Assembly: GCA_958009085.1 (NCBI GenBank)
Contig: OY253680.1
Location: 310,001-374,000 of the forward strand
Origin: Protoeuglena noctilucae
Taxonomy: Eukaryota
Length of the DNA stretch: 64,000 nt
Direction: 5' to 3'
Shown: positions 40,730 to 54,341 of the stretch, piece by piece
Position numbering within the stretch: position 1 is the first letter of the stretch
Layout: each line of letters begins with the position of its first letter
Translations under genes and position numbers: made by a program
Notes under the pieces: model-generated
What the model was told of the DNA's origin: nothing
The model's database searches: none
The model's input: only the letters and a program-made list of their open reading frames with translations

Positions 40730-43700
40730 ATGCCGGGCTCCGATAGCTACTCCGACGAGTCCTTTGAGGACTATGACGATGACTCCTTTGAGGAATTCGA
40801 CGAGAGCCCTGGCAATGCTACCAGTCCGCGTCCGCCGGCAGCCCGGCAGGCGGAGGTGAGCGCCCGGGACTTGTTGCGCGCGCAGCATCTGCGACATGTG
40901 GCAGCGCCTGCTTTGCCCCGGCGACGCTTTAATGTCAGCCTGACATGATCACGAACCCCGGGCCCGAGATCCCGACCGCCGGGCCGATGCGACGGGCAGC
41001 AAGGCATGCCTGCCCCGCTGCGCGCTGGCCGCAGGCGAACGGCCATGCCCAAGCCAGCATCGAGGACTCGCTAGTAGCTGCCATCCATGCGGAGAACCGC
41101 GCCATTCAGGAGCGCGCCCAGGCCAAGCAGAAGGCGAAACTCGAGGCAGCAAGGCCGCGCGATGCGCTGTCCGTGCAAGCCCAGCCGGGCCAAGCAGGTT
41201 GGTGCCCAGCCGAGGATGCGGACGACGAAGAAGAACGTCTCTTGTGTTCGCGCGGACCCCTCTCTTCTCGCCCACTCCTCGCAGGCGCCGTCAGCCTGTC
41301 TCTGCCCACGCGGGAGCAGCTTGGCCTTTCGGCTGCGGCCCTGCAACGTCGCGACGCGACTCTCGAGCGCTTCCGCCACCTGACGGCGGAGGCGGGGGTG
41401 AAGCTGGCGCCGACGGACCCCCGCACGCTGCTCAGCATGGAGCCCAAGTCGGAGGCGGACCTCAAGCGCCACGGTCACGGGCGGTTCGCGCCGACGAGGA
41501 GCAGGGACGCGGGGGTCACGGCGGGCGCGGTGACTGCGGAGAGCGGGGGGCAGACGGACGAGGTCGAGGGGGCCGAGGCGGAGGTGCAAGTGCCGGAGGA
41601 CAGCATGGGCGTGGGGCAGGCGGTGGCTGAGGCCAGGCCGGCCGCGGGGTTCAGAGGCGGGATGTCTGCGGACGATCCGTTGGAGTCGCCTGGGGTGAGC
41701 GGGGAGGTGTCGCGCCCGGGGCCAGATGCAGAGAGGCTGCGGAGCGCTGGGAGGGCCGAGGCGGGGCCTGCGACGGAACCAGCGGCGTGGCTGTCGGAGG
41801 CGGCGGAGGGCGTCAGGGTACGGCTGGCGGCCATGGTGCCCGAGGCGGCGGGCATCATCTGCCAGGTGGGTTTGCTGCACAAGGCAAGTGCAGGTGGTGT
41901 CTGGCGCTTGCCTGTCCATGCACGCCGCTCTCCGCCTTTTCGACGCAGCTTCTGGACGAAAGGGACGCTCGGCGGTCCCGCCTGCGCCCGCCAGCCGCCC
42001 TGGGCAAAGCGCCGCCCCGCGCCGCCTCCCCCGGGGACCTGCCGCCCCCGCTCCACACCCTGGGACCCGGCCCGGCGCTTTCGGGTCGTCCCATATCGTG
42101 CGTGTGCTTTGCGTCCCCCACCGCCCCCGCCGTGCTCGTCGTCGCGTACCGCCACACGCCGGCGGCCCAGACGAGCGTCGCCGAGCGTGGCTGGGGCTCC
42201 AAGGGCGTCCTGGCCGTGTGGGACCTGGCACGGCCGCAAGCCCCTCGCGCTATCCTTGTGTGCGAGGGGTCGCCCTCCGCCGTATGCTGGGCCGACCCGG
42301 ACGTGAGACTTTGAACACGGTGGCTCGCGCGCCGCTCTCGGGCAATCAAACGCCATCCGCGAGAGTCCTACCACTCCTTTCGCCCCACAGGGTCCGACGG
42401 TGGTGGTGGCTGGCATGGAGGAGGGCGGCCTGTGCTGCTGGGACCTGAGGGACGCGCCGGGCCTCGTGCGACCAGAGGCCCTGGACGGAGACGGCCGCGT
42501 GGTGCACGCCCTGCCCCCGGCTTTCTCCACGGAGGCCGCGCCGTGGGCCACGCACCACGCGGGGGTGGTGGGCCTGCGGAGTCTTGGGGGTGCGGGGACG
42601 CGGGGGAGCGGGGCAGTGACCCCGCTGAGGACGGCGGTGGGGGTCGGGGGCGAGATGGAGGGCGCGGCGGGGCACGTGGCGAGCGCGGACTCAAGCGGGC
42701 GCGTGTGCGTGTGGGCGGTGGTGGAGTCGGCACCGTCGCGTGCGGCGCGTGGGGCCCTGGGGCCTGGGCCCGGGAGAGAGGGCCAGGGCCCCTTCAGCGT
42801 CCTGCGCATGGAGGTCTTGCTCGCGGACGTCCCCCTGGGTCGGGAGGCGCTGTTCCGGTCGGCGAGGTCGGGGCCGGGGCACGACCGTCGCGACCTGGAC
42901 GCGGGGCCGGCAGGGGCGCGGCAGTGGGAGCTGTGCCATGGGATGGAGATGCGGGCGGGGGGTGAGGTGCTGGTGGCGGTGGCGTCGGGGCGGGTGCTGC
43001 GGGGAGCGACGTCGGGGCGCGTGGCGGTGCCCAAGGAGTTTGTGGGAGAGGAGGCGTGGGCGTCCGCGAGGCTCCGCGAGGGCGGGGGGCAGGTCGCGCG
43101 GGCCGAGTGCCGCGCCGTCGCATGCAGTACGGCGCTCCCGGGGGTCCTGGCTGCGGGGTACTCTGATGGATCCGTGGCCGTGTACAGCGACAGGCGAGGG
43201 TGGAGGGGTAGCGAGGGTTGGGCGAGTGGGGGTGCGCGGGGTTGCCGGCGCCCATGCCTCACGCTGCCATGTCGTGCTGTGCGAGAGTGCATACATGGCA
43301 GAGTCCCTCGCGCACGCAGGCACGCCACGCCGCGGCTGGTCTTCCCCGCCCAGGAACCCAGCGCTGTCCGGGCCCTGCAATGGTCCCCCGTCCTGCCGGG
43401 GGTGCTGTACGCCCTCAACAGCGCATCTGTGCTGCACGTCTTCGACCTGCTGGCCGACCGATCGCGGTGAGCATCGCTGTCCTTCGCTGCGGCAAACGTA
43501 CCTGAAGGTGTGGGCGACGCGGCTGAAAGCACCCTCCCGCCCCTGTGCAGGCCGGTCAAGTCCGTCCCGCTTCTCCGTGCCCGCGGCGCCGACAGCCAGG
43601 CTTACGCCACCACTCTCAGCGTGTCCAGGCGGGCAGCCCCAGCCACCGGGCAGGCGCTCGCCGTGCTCGCGGTGGGGATGACGGACGGGTCCTGTGAAAT

Positions 43701-43893
43701 CTCCGTGGTGAGTGGCGTGGTGACAACACTGCATATGCTTGGATGTGGCTTCGAGTACGAAGCCTGCAATTCGGTGTGTCGCCTCGCTCGGTCGCAGTTG
43801 CCAGGCGTGGAGGGGCGCCCTGACGCAGGGGCAGAGGCGGAGCAGGCCCTCGGGTATTTGCGGAAGGTGTCGGGGTCGCACCTCGTGACGTGA
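40730..43893 (+). CDS. WDR60: WD40 protein, dynein-2 intermediate chain WDR60/FAP163-like
   Basis: N-terminal YSDESFEDY, AIHAENR, VLAVWDL..P..ILVCEG, VAGMEEGGLCCWDLR, PAFST and LQWSP. Confidence 0.8.
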
Positions 43894-43984
43894 GGCGGTT
43901 TTGAAGGGTGTTTCATTTGCAACAATTCACAGCGCAAGAACGGAGTGTCCAAGCTTCTCCTGCCGGCTGGCTACCTAGAGATGG

Positions 43985-45532
43985 CTAGAGCACGGAGCGC
44001 AAGTGCGCCTCAAAAGCCTCCAGCGCAACTGGCATGCTCTGCCTGCCATAGCCGATCCGGAAGTGGCGGGCGTCTGTGAACTCTGCGTCGCCGTAGACGC
44101 TGGCCGGGAGCAGGAGCACCCCACTCGCTTCCACCAGCCGCGAGCAGAAGTCGTCAATGCCCCGGGGCCCCAGAGCCGCAGACGTGAGCTTAGGGAACGC
44201 CACGGTGCTCGCGGGGGGCCGCACCCATGCAAAGTGGTCGCGATACTTGTCGAAGAATCGGTCCAGCAGGTCCAGGTTGGCGCGGACGATGGCGAGCTTC
44301 TCGGCAAGGATGGCGTCGTGCCTCCGCAGCGCCATCAGGGCGAGCACCTGCGTGCAGGGGTTCAGCAGGTACACAGGCGGGTCACCAAGGCGAAGCTCAT
44401 CCGCATCAACGGCACCATCCACAGATTTGCGGAAGCTAACCCATAGGCTGACAGCCACAGTGGTGGCACTCATGGGCTGCCGGCCACCAGGCCCAGTCAC
44501 CTCCGAGGCGCAGCTGTTGCAGATGGTGGTGAAGTCCTTGAGCTCCAGAATCCGCTGCCGCAGCGCCGCGTCCCGGACCGCGAGCCACCCGATGCGCAGG
44601 CCCGGCATCCCCAGCGTCTTGCTGAGGCCCGAGAGACTGACCACATGGGGGCCCACGTCAGCACCCGCCGTCGGGCGCGTCCCAGGGTCGTGCTCGAGCG
44701 TCCGGTACATCTCGTCGCAGAAGAGCAGCGCGCCGGCGTCCCCAACGAGGGCCGCCACGCGCCTGAGGTCCTCCTCACGCAGTGTGGCGCCGGTCGGGTT
44801 GTGAGGCCAGTTCGTGGCCACGAGGGCCGGCTTGGGACCCTGGTGGACCAGCTCTTCCAGGTCATCCACAACGAAGCGCAGCTCGCCAGACGGCTCAGTC
44901 CTGAGGCGGGGATGCGGTGCAAAGGGGCTGTGGACCAGCGCCCTCTTTGAGTGCGAGAGAGTGCAGCGACGGATGGGGCCGCACCTCGGCCGCCAGAAGG
45001 ACACGGTGCAGCCGATGGACCTTGCCACATCGTAGAGGGACTGGTAGCCCGGGTAGGTCACGATGACGTGCTGGCCTGGCCTGAGGGCAGCCTGCATGGT
45101 GAGGAAGATGCCCTCTTCCGGGGCCAAGACAACCACCTCGTCTGGACCGACCCGGGTGTAGCGCTCGGAAATGGCGTCTCGCAGTGCAGGCAGGCCCTGC
45201 GTCTCGGTGTAGCCCAAGCGCAGCTCCGTCCAGCGCTGGAGGCTGTCCTCATCCGCTCCTGTCAATAGCTGCGTCGTGACAAGCGCGGTTTGCTTCATTG
45301 GCAGCGCTCGTGCCGACACGCATCTCTACCCGCTCCTGCGCACCTCTCGCATCGTATGGGGCTCGGGATCGGAGCAGCAAAGAAGGTGTCGTGCATGGAA
45401 CTCATACTTGGCGAAATATCGCTCGAGCGTGAAGGGCGGGAGAGGCTGGGCCCCGGCCGGCGTGCTCCTGGCCAAGTGCGTCGCGGAACGGGCCCTATTC
45501 ACCCCAGGAGTTAACAAACGCGGATTTTTCAT
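43985..45532 (-). CDS. Class I/II PLP-dependent aminotransferase
   Basis: FTLERYFAKYEF, LGYTETQGLPALR, NWPHNPTG, DEMY and SKTLGMPGLRIGW. Confidence 0.92.
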
Positions 45533-45802
45533 AGCTATTGCGTTTTGCAACGCCCCGCTCTTCATCTCTCCGGTCCCACCCGCCGCAGCCAACATCACTA
45601 CAAAAGTTTGGCGCCCACGCCCATCACACTCCACAAGAAGCGACCACGCGGCATGATGTAGACGTAGAGCGGGAGTCATAAACTGTGCACGATAGCTCTG
45701 AGCTAGTCAGAATCTCGCACTGACAGCGTCGTCCTGCCCGAGTCGGGCGTAGGGTCAAGCTGTCGGGACTCCCCGTCCAGGGATGACGGCCTGCAGGTAG
45801 CG

Positions 45803-46847
45803 TTAAGGTAGTGAGGGTTCTCTACCCGCCCTCTCCCGTCTTGAGTCCTCACTGGCAACAAAAAGAAAACGCGGCATCGCTCGCAGTGAGGCTCACTGCA
45901 CACAAGCCATCTGCCACGGACCCAGGCACGGCTCACCGGGTGACACAGGGGGGCGCCATGCACATGGCGTGGTTGAAGTCCATCGCCCAGAACTTGGAGT
46001 TCCCCGTCGCCCTGCGCGCAGACTTGGCGATCGATGCGTCAGCTCACCATGACGTGGCCCGGTGTCTAGCAAAGCAGAGCCCGCCTGCCGTGCGCCAATC
46101 CAAAACCCACCGCTTCTTCTCCGCCCCCATAATTTTGTGGCCGGTCCTGAGCTCAAAGAGCAGGACCTCCCCGCAGTGCCGGCATAAGTGGTTGTACTTC
46201 TCCTGCACCGCCGCCTCGAAGAACTCCTCGTTGCACCCGCAGCAGTGCCAGGGGCGGATGCGGCTCTTGGTGTGCTTGCGCGACGAGGGCTTGAAGACGG
46301 AGAACTCGCACTCGACAATGGAAAGGGCCCCGCCCTTCCCACGGCACTCGGGCCTGCCATGCAGCAGCTGCAGGGCGCGGAGTGGCGGGGGCGAGGAAGT
46401 GGAGGACGCGGAGTCGTTTCCAGGGCAGGGCAGGCGCGCATCATCCCCACGCAGCGCACCATGAGGGAGACGGGCGGCTCGGCAGGGACGAACGTGCTCT
46501 CCAGGGCCTTGCGCGCTTCGTTCCGGAACCGGTGGTGCCGCGAATCGACGTTCTCGACACCGTGGCCGTCAGGTATCGCGTAGGCATCGCCCACGAGGTC
46601 GCCAAACACGAGGGGCGGTTCTGGGGGATGCAGCCGCTCCGTCACTGCGCAAGAAACGGCCAGCAATTTTCCATCTGCCATTGCCATCCATTCGAAAGCG
46701 TTCCAGCCACCGTCAGGCAGCCCCCCGCCGCGTGCTGCCGCAGAGATGGGCCCGCAAGCGCATCTGCTCACCTGCTGGGAGTCTCCGCGCGGCCAGGGCG
46801 ATGCGCGAGAACAGCCAGATGCTTAAAAATGCTGGAAGGACCACCAT
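45803..46847 (-). CDS. Hypothetical Cys-rich protein, possible signal peptide
   Basis: Spliced model with hydrophobic N-terminus, WHCCGCNEEFF...LCRHCG and FWAMDFNHAMC; both ends uncertain. Confidence 0.5.
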
Positions 46848-48128
46848 GAGAACGGCAGCGACGAACGGGCAAAGCGGACGCCAAAGTTGCTATCCAGGCA
46901 GCGCCTCGCCCCCCTCCGAAAACCTGGCCGTGGCCGACGCACCTGGGCCGCGAGAGTGACGTTGTCTCCTTGGAGAATCGCCGCATTCACATTGGCGAAG
47001 CTCATGAACTGCGCAGGTTTCTCCCGTCTTTGCTCTGTCGACAACCTGATCTTCGATCTCGCATCGCATCTCCAGTGTCACAGCCAACTTACCTTCATGC
47101 TCACAGTAACCGCCTGATAGACGAGCGCCCACCACGCCCGCATGAGGGCCCAAAATCCCAGGGGCGCAGCACTCGCGCTCATGGCCGCCCCGCTATCCCT
47201 GCCCTGCCCACCAACGTCGAGAGGGAGGCTAAGCGCACATCACATCTAGACAGCGAGCCCCAGGTGACGCATCTTCCGTCGAAGGCTCAACGTTTGCTTT
47301 CCACCAGCTCCTTTCCAACAGGGAGCGCTCTGCTACGTACTCGCAGAGCTTGAGACATTTCTCAACTAGTGAGGATTCAAAGAGAAGACGGAACGTTCGC
47401 CAGGTCAGGGTAGGGTACACTCCGTGTCGCTGAAACGTCGGCCCTGCCCGGTCGCTCACTGTGTCCGGATCAGAAGACTAGCAAACTGCTGCAGTTTCCT
47501 GACCCCTTCCTCACAGCTGTTCCCCTTTCGCGACGAGACCATGCATCTTCAAAGTGCTATATGCATAGGAGAACCACAACAACTGTCCGCGTCGCAAGTC
47601 AGAGCGCTGCTGAGCCCAACGAGCCGTCGCTGGGGACCGGCGTGCTTGCGGCTTGCAGGAGGAGACAGAAGGGCACAAGGTCTGGGCGGGACGGAACGGG
47701 GGTCCATGGCGACTGGATGGAAACAAGGCGAGGCAAGGCCCGTCCGTCTCATCCCAGTGTCGGTAAGTGCTGGTAGGGGCCCGGGCGGAAATGACTGTGG
47801 GCCAGCCTGGAAAGTGGCCGCCCGGTTGGGCGTCGGGCGCTGTGTGTGCTACGTAGAGGTGCAAGAGCGCAGGAGAAGCTGGGCGACCCCAGGGAAAGGG
47901 CGCCTCGCGGGGGAGCTCGCCGGGCGGTCGTGACTGCGTCGTTGGGCGAGGCGGCAAAATGTGCGTCGAGATCGCAGGACTGCGCTCATCGTACCGCACT
48001 TTGCTGGATGTAGGCAGGGCACGCGCAGAAAGGGGCATCACGGCGCCCGCGGCACAGCTGGGACCTGAACTGCAGGATGCGGCGGGAAGGGGCGGTGGGT
48101 CCCGGGCCCGTGCTGCCGGCGGGGTCAG

Positions 48129-50034
48129 CTACTGACCGGGGACGACGGCGAGCCCGGGTGCGCGCACGGCGAGGCCCGCCGCAGCCGCCGACCCCGGGGC
48201 CATGGCCCAGGTGGGAGCGGTCAGCCCCGCCGGGAGGGCCGCGGGGCCCCGCGGCATTGGGGACGGAGAAAGGGGGAAAGACTGGCCCGCGGGAGACGCG
48301 TGGCCCGCGGCCGCGAAAGGGAGCGCGCCCGAGGCGAGCGGGGCCGAGAAGCCCGGCACCGGCGGCTGCGAGGCGCCTGCCAGTTGGATCTTGACGTTCT
48401 GCTGGTACGTGGCCACCATGTTGAGCAGCGCCTGCTGTGCGGCGTGGGGCGTCGAGAGCGTGACGAGGGCTGCGGGGGCGGGGGCGGGGGCGGCGTGAGG
48501 CGGGAAGGCACCGTAGGAGGCAGGGGCACACACCGACGTGGTCAGAGAGCATGGGCAGCCGCGCGCCGCGCTTTCACTCGCCTCCCTTGGTGCCGGCCAT
48601 CTCGGGGAAGAGCACCACGGACTGGATGGGCTGGAAGGCCCAGAAGAGCTGCGCGATCTCCGCTTCGGTCACAACCGGGCTCAGCTCGGACAGCAGGAGG
48701 CTCCGCATGGGCAGCGTGGGGTCCTGAGTCAGGCCCCTGCCCGCGGCGCCGTGGGGGAAGGCGGCCGCGGGGGCCGCGGCGGACAGCGGGAAGGGCTTGG
48801 GCCCGCCCATGGGGCCCCCCAGGCCCAGGGGCATCTGGAGCTGCGCGGCGCGGGCCGCGACGTCCATGCCGAAGGGCCCGGCTGGCTCCCCGGCCATGGG
48901 GCCCCCGTGGGGTACGCGCCGCCTGCGCTTGCGCAGGGGCACGCGGCAGGCCGCCAGTCGGACCATGAGGGGCAGGACGCCCCCCACGGGGACTTGGCCG
49001 TTGAGGCGCTCGATGGCCAGCATGGCCGTGGGCACGTCCGCCATCATGACCAGGCCCGACAGGCCCGGCGCGACGGCCTTCGAGGGCAGCACCCGGCACT
49101 GCAGCACCGGGCCGACCTGGCTGAAGTGCGTGCGGAGCGCACGGTCTGCGGGGGGCGAGCGAACAGGGCGGGGTTCGCTCAATCCGACGCCGGGCTTCCA
49201 CAGACGAGGCCAAGCCCAGCCACGCGGCGGGTGCTCACCGTTCCAAGTCTCAGGAATGTTGGACACGTAGAGGTTGCTGTGCTGCTCCAGCTCGGCGCCC
49301 TGCTGCATGGCGGCCAGGGCGCTCATCATCGAGTTGTCGGGGGCCTGGCCCAGTTGGTACGACGGGAAGAGCAGGCGCTGCAAGGGGGGTGGGGGGGAAG
49401 GTCGGGCCAGGTCGGGCCAGTGCAGGCGAGCTGGTCAGCACAGAGGGCCTGCCGGCGAGCGCGGCACCTGCCAATCGATGTCCACCGCGTTGCCTCCGTC
49501 GTGCATCGCATGGGCAGTGGGGGGGAGGGGCAGGCTGGGAACGCCGCCCGAGTGGACACCCCCCTGCTGGGGACGAGACACGGAGAGCAGTGGGTCAGCT
49601 AGCGGTCCCTCCCACGCAAGGTCTACGGGCATGCTCTCGGGTCGCCGCCTCACCCTGCCCTCCACGGCCTCCTCGCGGGCCGACGCGGCGCCCTTGTACG
49701 GCCACGCCACGTCCCCCTGCCCCGTGGGTGTGGTGCCGCGCGAGATGCCGCCGTCTGAGGCCTCCACAGGCTCCTGGTGCGAGGACAGCGGATGACCCGC
49801 GTGCCCGTCGCCGAAAATCTCCTTCCACGACGCGATGTTCAAATCTGCAGGGCCAGAGGCGCGAGGGGGCTCGCGCTCGTCTCGGCTGTGCGAGGCGGCG
49901 GGCCGGGCACTCGTCGGCGCGGAGGCGGACGGGCCCTCGCCTGTCAGCTCCGTCGACGCCTCCGAAGCATCGGCTGAATTGACTGCCGTCCCCGCGGACG
50001 AGTCCAGCGCAAAGTTGGACCACAGGCTGAACAT
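48129..50034 (-). CDS. RNA-binding protein with two RRMs
   Basis: NLYVSNIP...HFSQVGPVLQCRVL...AIERLNG; second, divergent RRM LLLSELSPVVTEAEIAQLF. Confidence 0.8.
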
Positions 50035-50881
50035 CCTCGCAGCGCTGCGGGGGGAGGAGGGGAGTTGGGGAGTGACGGCTCGCACTTCCCGCGCATGGTC
50101 GCGACGGCCGCGTCCACCGATCAAGACCGCCCAGCCGCGCGCCCGAGCGGCGCCGCGCGAGGCCCGAGGGAAAAGGCTCGCTGGTCCCCGTCAAACTCCG
50201 ACGGCGGGCGTCGCCAGGACGCGACGGCAGTCACACGCGCCCTAAACGAAGCGAAGAAATCGCCTGACGGGCGCCCCGACGGCCGAGCCCGCTCGAGCGG
50301 TCGCCGCGGGCGCTGACGCGCACCGGCTTGGAAATCCGACGCCCCGGCTCGGGGAGGGGCTCAGCGCGTCGGGAAGGCCCACCAGCACGATCATCGCGGG
50401 CAAACATAATCCGAAACGGGGGCCTGCCGCGCAAGGTCCGCCCAGCGAGCGCAGAAAGCCCAAGATGGGGACGACTGGCCCAGGGAGCGCGCTGACGCGT
50501 CCTCCCTCGCGCGCCCCGAGAATTCGACGCATCCACGACCCCCACGATGGGGAGGGATGGGGTCGCCGCGGGAGCCCGACCCAGTTTCGCCGTTCTCTCA
50601 CCTGCCACTTGTCCCGGGCGAAAGCCTCGCGCTCAGCGACGACACGTGGGTCGGGGAGGGCCTCGAGGGCCTCAATCTCAATCCCTCTGCCCCTGGTGGC
50701 CGAGCCCGGCGCGCCTGTGGGCCGGCAACCCGAGGTCGAGGACGAGGAGAAGGCGCACACCCGCGAAGTTTGCGGCTTGGCCGCGGGTGGCGGGGGCCAT
50801 GGACTCGGCGGTCGCGGCCGAGGTGCCAGTCACTGGCGTGTCACGAAGCTCAAGGGCGCCCGCGAGTGCAAGCGCCCTCCT

Positions 50882-53173
50882 ATGGCCGCGCCGATGGTGT
50901 CCCTGAGCGCCCGGATCGCAGGCGCACCCGGTTCCTCCCGCGCCCGCCGCATCGGCCCTGTCCGCGTCCTGCGCGCGACCGACAGAGATCCGGCCACCAT
51001 GACGATCCTGGGAAGGGTGAGTGGTCGTCGTGGTCCCCGCGCGCTCGCCCGCCAGGCGCGGGAGCCGGCCTTCGGCGCGCAGCCCCATCCGCGTGCCGCG
51101 CCCGCGTCCTGCGGCGCAGGCGTCGTCCCTGACGGTGCGGGAGGCGAAGGAGCTCATCGCCGAGCTTTGCCGGAACTTCTACTCGTGGGGATGGGTCAGC
51201 GGCACGGGGGGCGGCATCTCGATCAAGGCGGCCGATGGGAGGATCGTGATGGCCCCCTCGGGCGTCCAGAAGGAGCGCATGCAGCCCGAGGACATGTTCG
51301 TCTTGGACGCGACTGGCGCAGGTACGCGGTGGGCGGGGGAGAGGCGACAGGGCTGTGGCACATTCCATGCCGCGGCAGCGAGTGCCGACTGTGCCCATCG
51401 CCGCTCGGTGGCTCGCAGTGGTGGAGGAGCCGGCGCCCCTTTCGGGGAAGCCTCTGAAGTTGTCGGAGTGCGCGCCGCTCTTCATGTCCGCGTACGAGCT
51501 GCGGGGCGCGGGGGCCGTGATCCACTCGCATTCCGTCCACTCCGTGCTCGCCACGCTCCTGGACCCGTCTTCGTCCGAGTTCCGGGCCACCAACTTGGAG
51601 ATGATCAAGGGGATTGTGGGGCACACCTACTTCGGGGGCTGCGTGGTCCCCATCATCGAGAACACGGCCAGGTGGGGGTCACGTAGCAGCTGCGGGCGTG
51701 TTGAGGTCGCATGGCTTCTAGCCAGGTGATCCGAGTGGCCAACATACCCATGCCTTCGCCTACTCACCCAGGGAGTGCGAGCTGACGGAGCGCCTGCGCG
51801 CTGCCATCGAACTCTACCCCTCCGCAAACGCTGTGCTCGTGAGGCGGCACGGCGTGTACGTGTGGGGCGAGGACTGGATCAAGGCAAAGGTGGGAGAGGG
51901 TCGGTTTGAAAAAGGGCTTCTTGCTCCGAACGTAGATCCCTCGACCGGCAAGTCCCGCCCGCACGCACGCACAGACGCAAGCCGAGTGCTACGACTACCT
52001 CTTTGAGGCGGCGGTCAAGATGCACCAGCTCGGGATCAACGCGTCCGTGGCGCCCAAGTCGATCATCGATCCGGACGACATCATCCGCTGGAGCAAGCTG
52101 AGGCACGCGAACGGCGCGTCGAATGGCGAGGGCACCGCGGGGCCTGCCAAGCGCGCACGCACGAGCACTGTGGACGGGAAGGCGGTCAAGGCCGTGGTCC
52201 TCGACATCGAGGGCACCATTGCGCCCGTGCGCTTCGTCACGGAGGTCCTGTTCCCGTACGCGAGGGACCACGTGAGGGACCACCTCGAGGCGATGTTCGA
52301 CACGGGTGAGCGTGGCACGCGCATGCGGGTGCGTCTCTGGGCCTCTCTCTCGCAATGCCTCATGCGGCGTGTTTTCACTTTGGCCCGCAGCGGAGACCCA
52401 GGAGGACGTGGCGCGACTGAGGGCGCGGGCGTACGCTGACGTGCGGGAGGGCGTCGCCGGGGCGGTCCCCATCCCTGCGGGGCCGAAGGCGGCGATCGTG
52501 GACGCGTGCGTCGCTAACGTGCTGGCGATGATGGCGGTGGACCGGAAGGACACGGCGCTGAAGGTGCGCGGCCGGCATGCAGGCGTCGAGTCACGGGAGC
52601 TTTGGCGAGGTGCAGGGGAGGCAGGCGAACCTCTGCCGCGTGACGCACCCCGCAGACGTTCCAGGGCCACGTCTGGCGTGAGGGATACCGCAGCGGCAAG
52701 CTGGTGGGCAGCCTGTACCCTGACGTGGGTCCCAAGATCCAGGCCCTGCATGCCCAGGGCACCAAGGTCTACATCTACTCTTCGGGATCGCGGGAGGCCC
52801 AGCGCATGCTCATGGCCTTCTCCAACAGCGGGGATCTGCGCCCCTTCATCAGCGGCTTCTTCGACACGACTGTGGGGCCCAAGACGACCGCCTCTTCCTA
52901 CTCTGACATCGCCCTGACGCTTGGGCTGGACTCCCCACACCAGATCCTGTTCGCCACCGACAGCGTCAAGGTGCGATGCGCGAGGGTGCGGGGTGCTGCT
53001 GTGAGTGAGGGCAGCAGCGACAAGGTCCGCGGTGTGCGTCGTGGCTGCAGGAAGTCGCTGCTGCGCGGGAGGCGGGGTGGCAGGTCCTCTTTGCTGTCCG
53101 GGACGATGCCTCGGTGCCGGAGGGTCTGGGGGGCGTCGACGTTATCACGAGCCTGGACCAGCTGCCCCTTTAG
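50882..53173 (+). CDS. DEP1: Bifunctional methylthioribulose-1-P dehydratase/enolase-phosphatase E1 (methionine salvage)
   Basis: [27 protein letters not shown] and [14 protein letters not shown] part LDIEGT and [10 protein letters not shown]. Confidence 0.95.
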
Positions 53174-53271
53174 AGCTGCACGGCACCCGTCGATGGAAAT
53201 AAAAGCGATGACGAGCCACTAGCGACTTTGCAGCACCTTCGCTTGTTCAACGACACATGCAGGGCTGTTTG

Positions 53272-53882
53272 TCATGAACCGCTGTTGCCGTCCGCCTTGG
53301 CGAGCGCCGGCCAATGGCCCTTCCCCATGGCCGGGCAGCCAGTCCTGTCCTTGCACTCGTACGGCACCTCATGCGTGCCCATCACGCGTAGGCACTTGGG
53401 GCACATGGACACTTCCTGCGAAACGACACGGGGCGTGCCTTGAAAGTGATGTCATGCTCTGATGTCCGGCCCACTGGTGGAACGAGCGATGCGGCCGGAC
53501 CTTGACGGGTCGCACCCACTGCTTGTGCATCTTGAATCGCCTCTTCCATTGGCTCTGCTTCCACTTGGGGACGGCAAGCAGGATCGAGTCCCACAGGTCC
53601 GCCGCGCCGGGCATCGCCCACCATGGGCGCATCGAACTTGGCTCCATGCCTGCGAAGGGGGAATGTCAGGCGCCGGCTCCCGACAGAGCAGCGCAGAGTG
53701 TCGCCCCACAACGACACACCCGCTGCGATGTGCGATGGCGAGCACCCACCCTCCGCGCGGCCTTCCGCGGAGGCGCAGCTCGGCGACGGAACGTGAGATG
53801 ACTCAGATGCAAACGCGAGCTCCGGCGCGGCGAGCCGGGTCGCAGGCTGCCGGGGCACGAGCCCCAGCAGCCTCCGCAGCAT
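53272..53882 (-). CDS. MRPL32: Mitochondrial ribosomal protein bL32m
   Basis: SILLAVPKWKQS...|EVSMCPKC...H...C; presequence-like N-terminus. Confidence 0.8.
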
Positions 53883-54341
53883 TCCCCAGCGCACTGCCCG
53901 TTCTCTCGAGCGCGTGGCCCCTCCACGCGCTAGAAGAGAGTCTGACAGTCAGCAGAGATATCGAGGCGATCGGTCAGAGCCTCCGGATGGCCTGCAATCT
54001 GATGGTGTGTGCGAGCCGCGAGCCGGACTGGCCCCTGCAGATGTGGCCGCGATGTATCTATTTCCAGTGAGGCATCGCAAATCTCGTAATGCCACCCCAG
54101 GGTGGCGGTCAAAGCTGAGGAGGCCTCCAAACCCTACCGGTTGTGTCGACGACACGTGAGTTGTCGCGCGCTTGTGGAGCCCGGCAGGTCGAGCAAGCTC
54201 AGAACTTTCGCCGCAACCAGCGTGAATCGCGACTGTCGAGTCTATCCTTGCTTCAAACGGTCCTCAACACAACAGCGCGCCTTCGGCCGTAAAATCCCCA
54301 TTTCCGCAAAGCCTGATAGATACGATACACCCTGCTGAACG

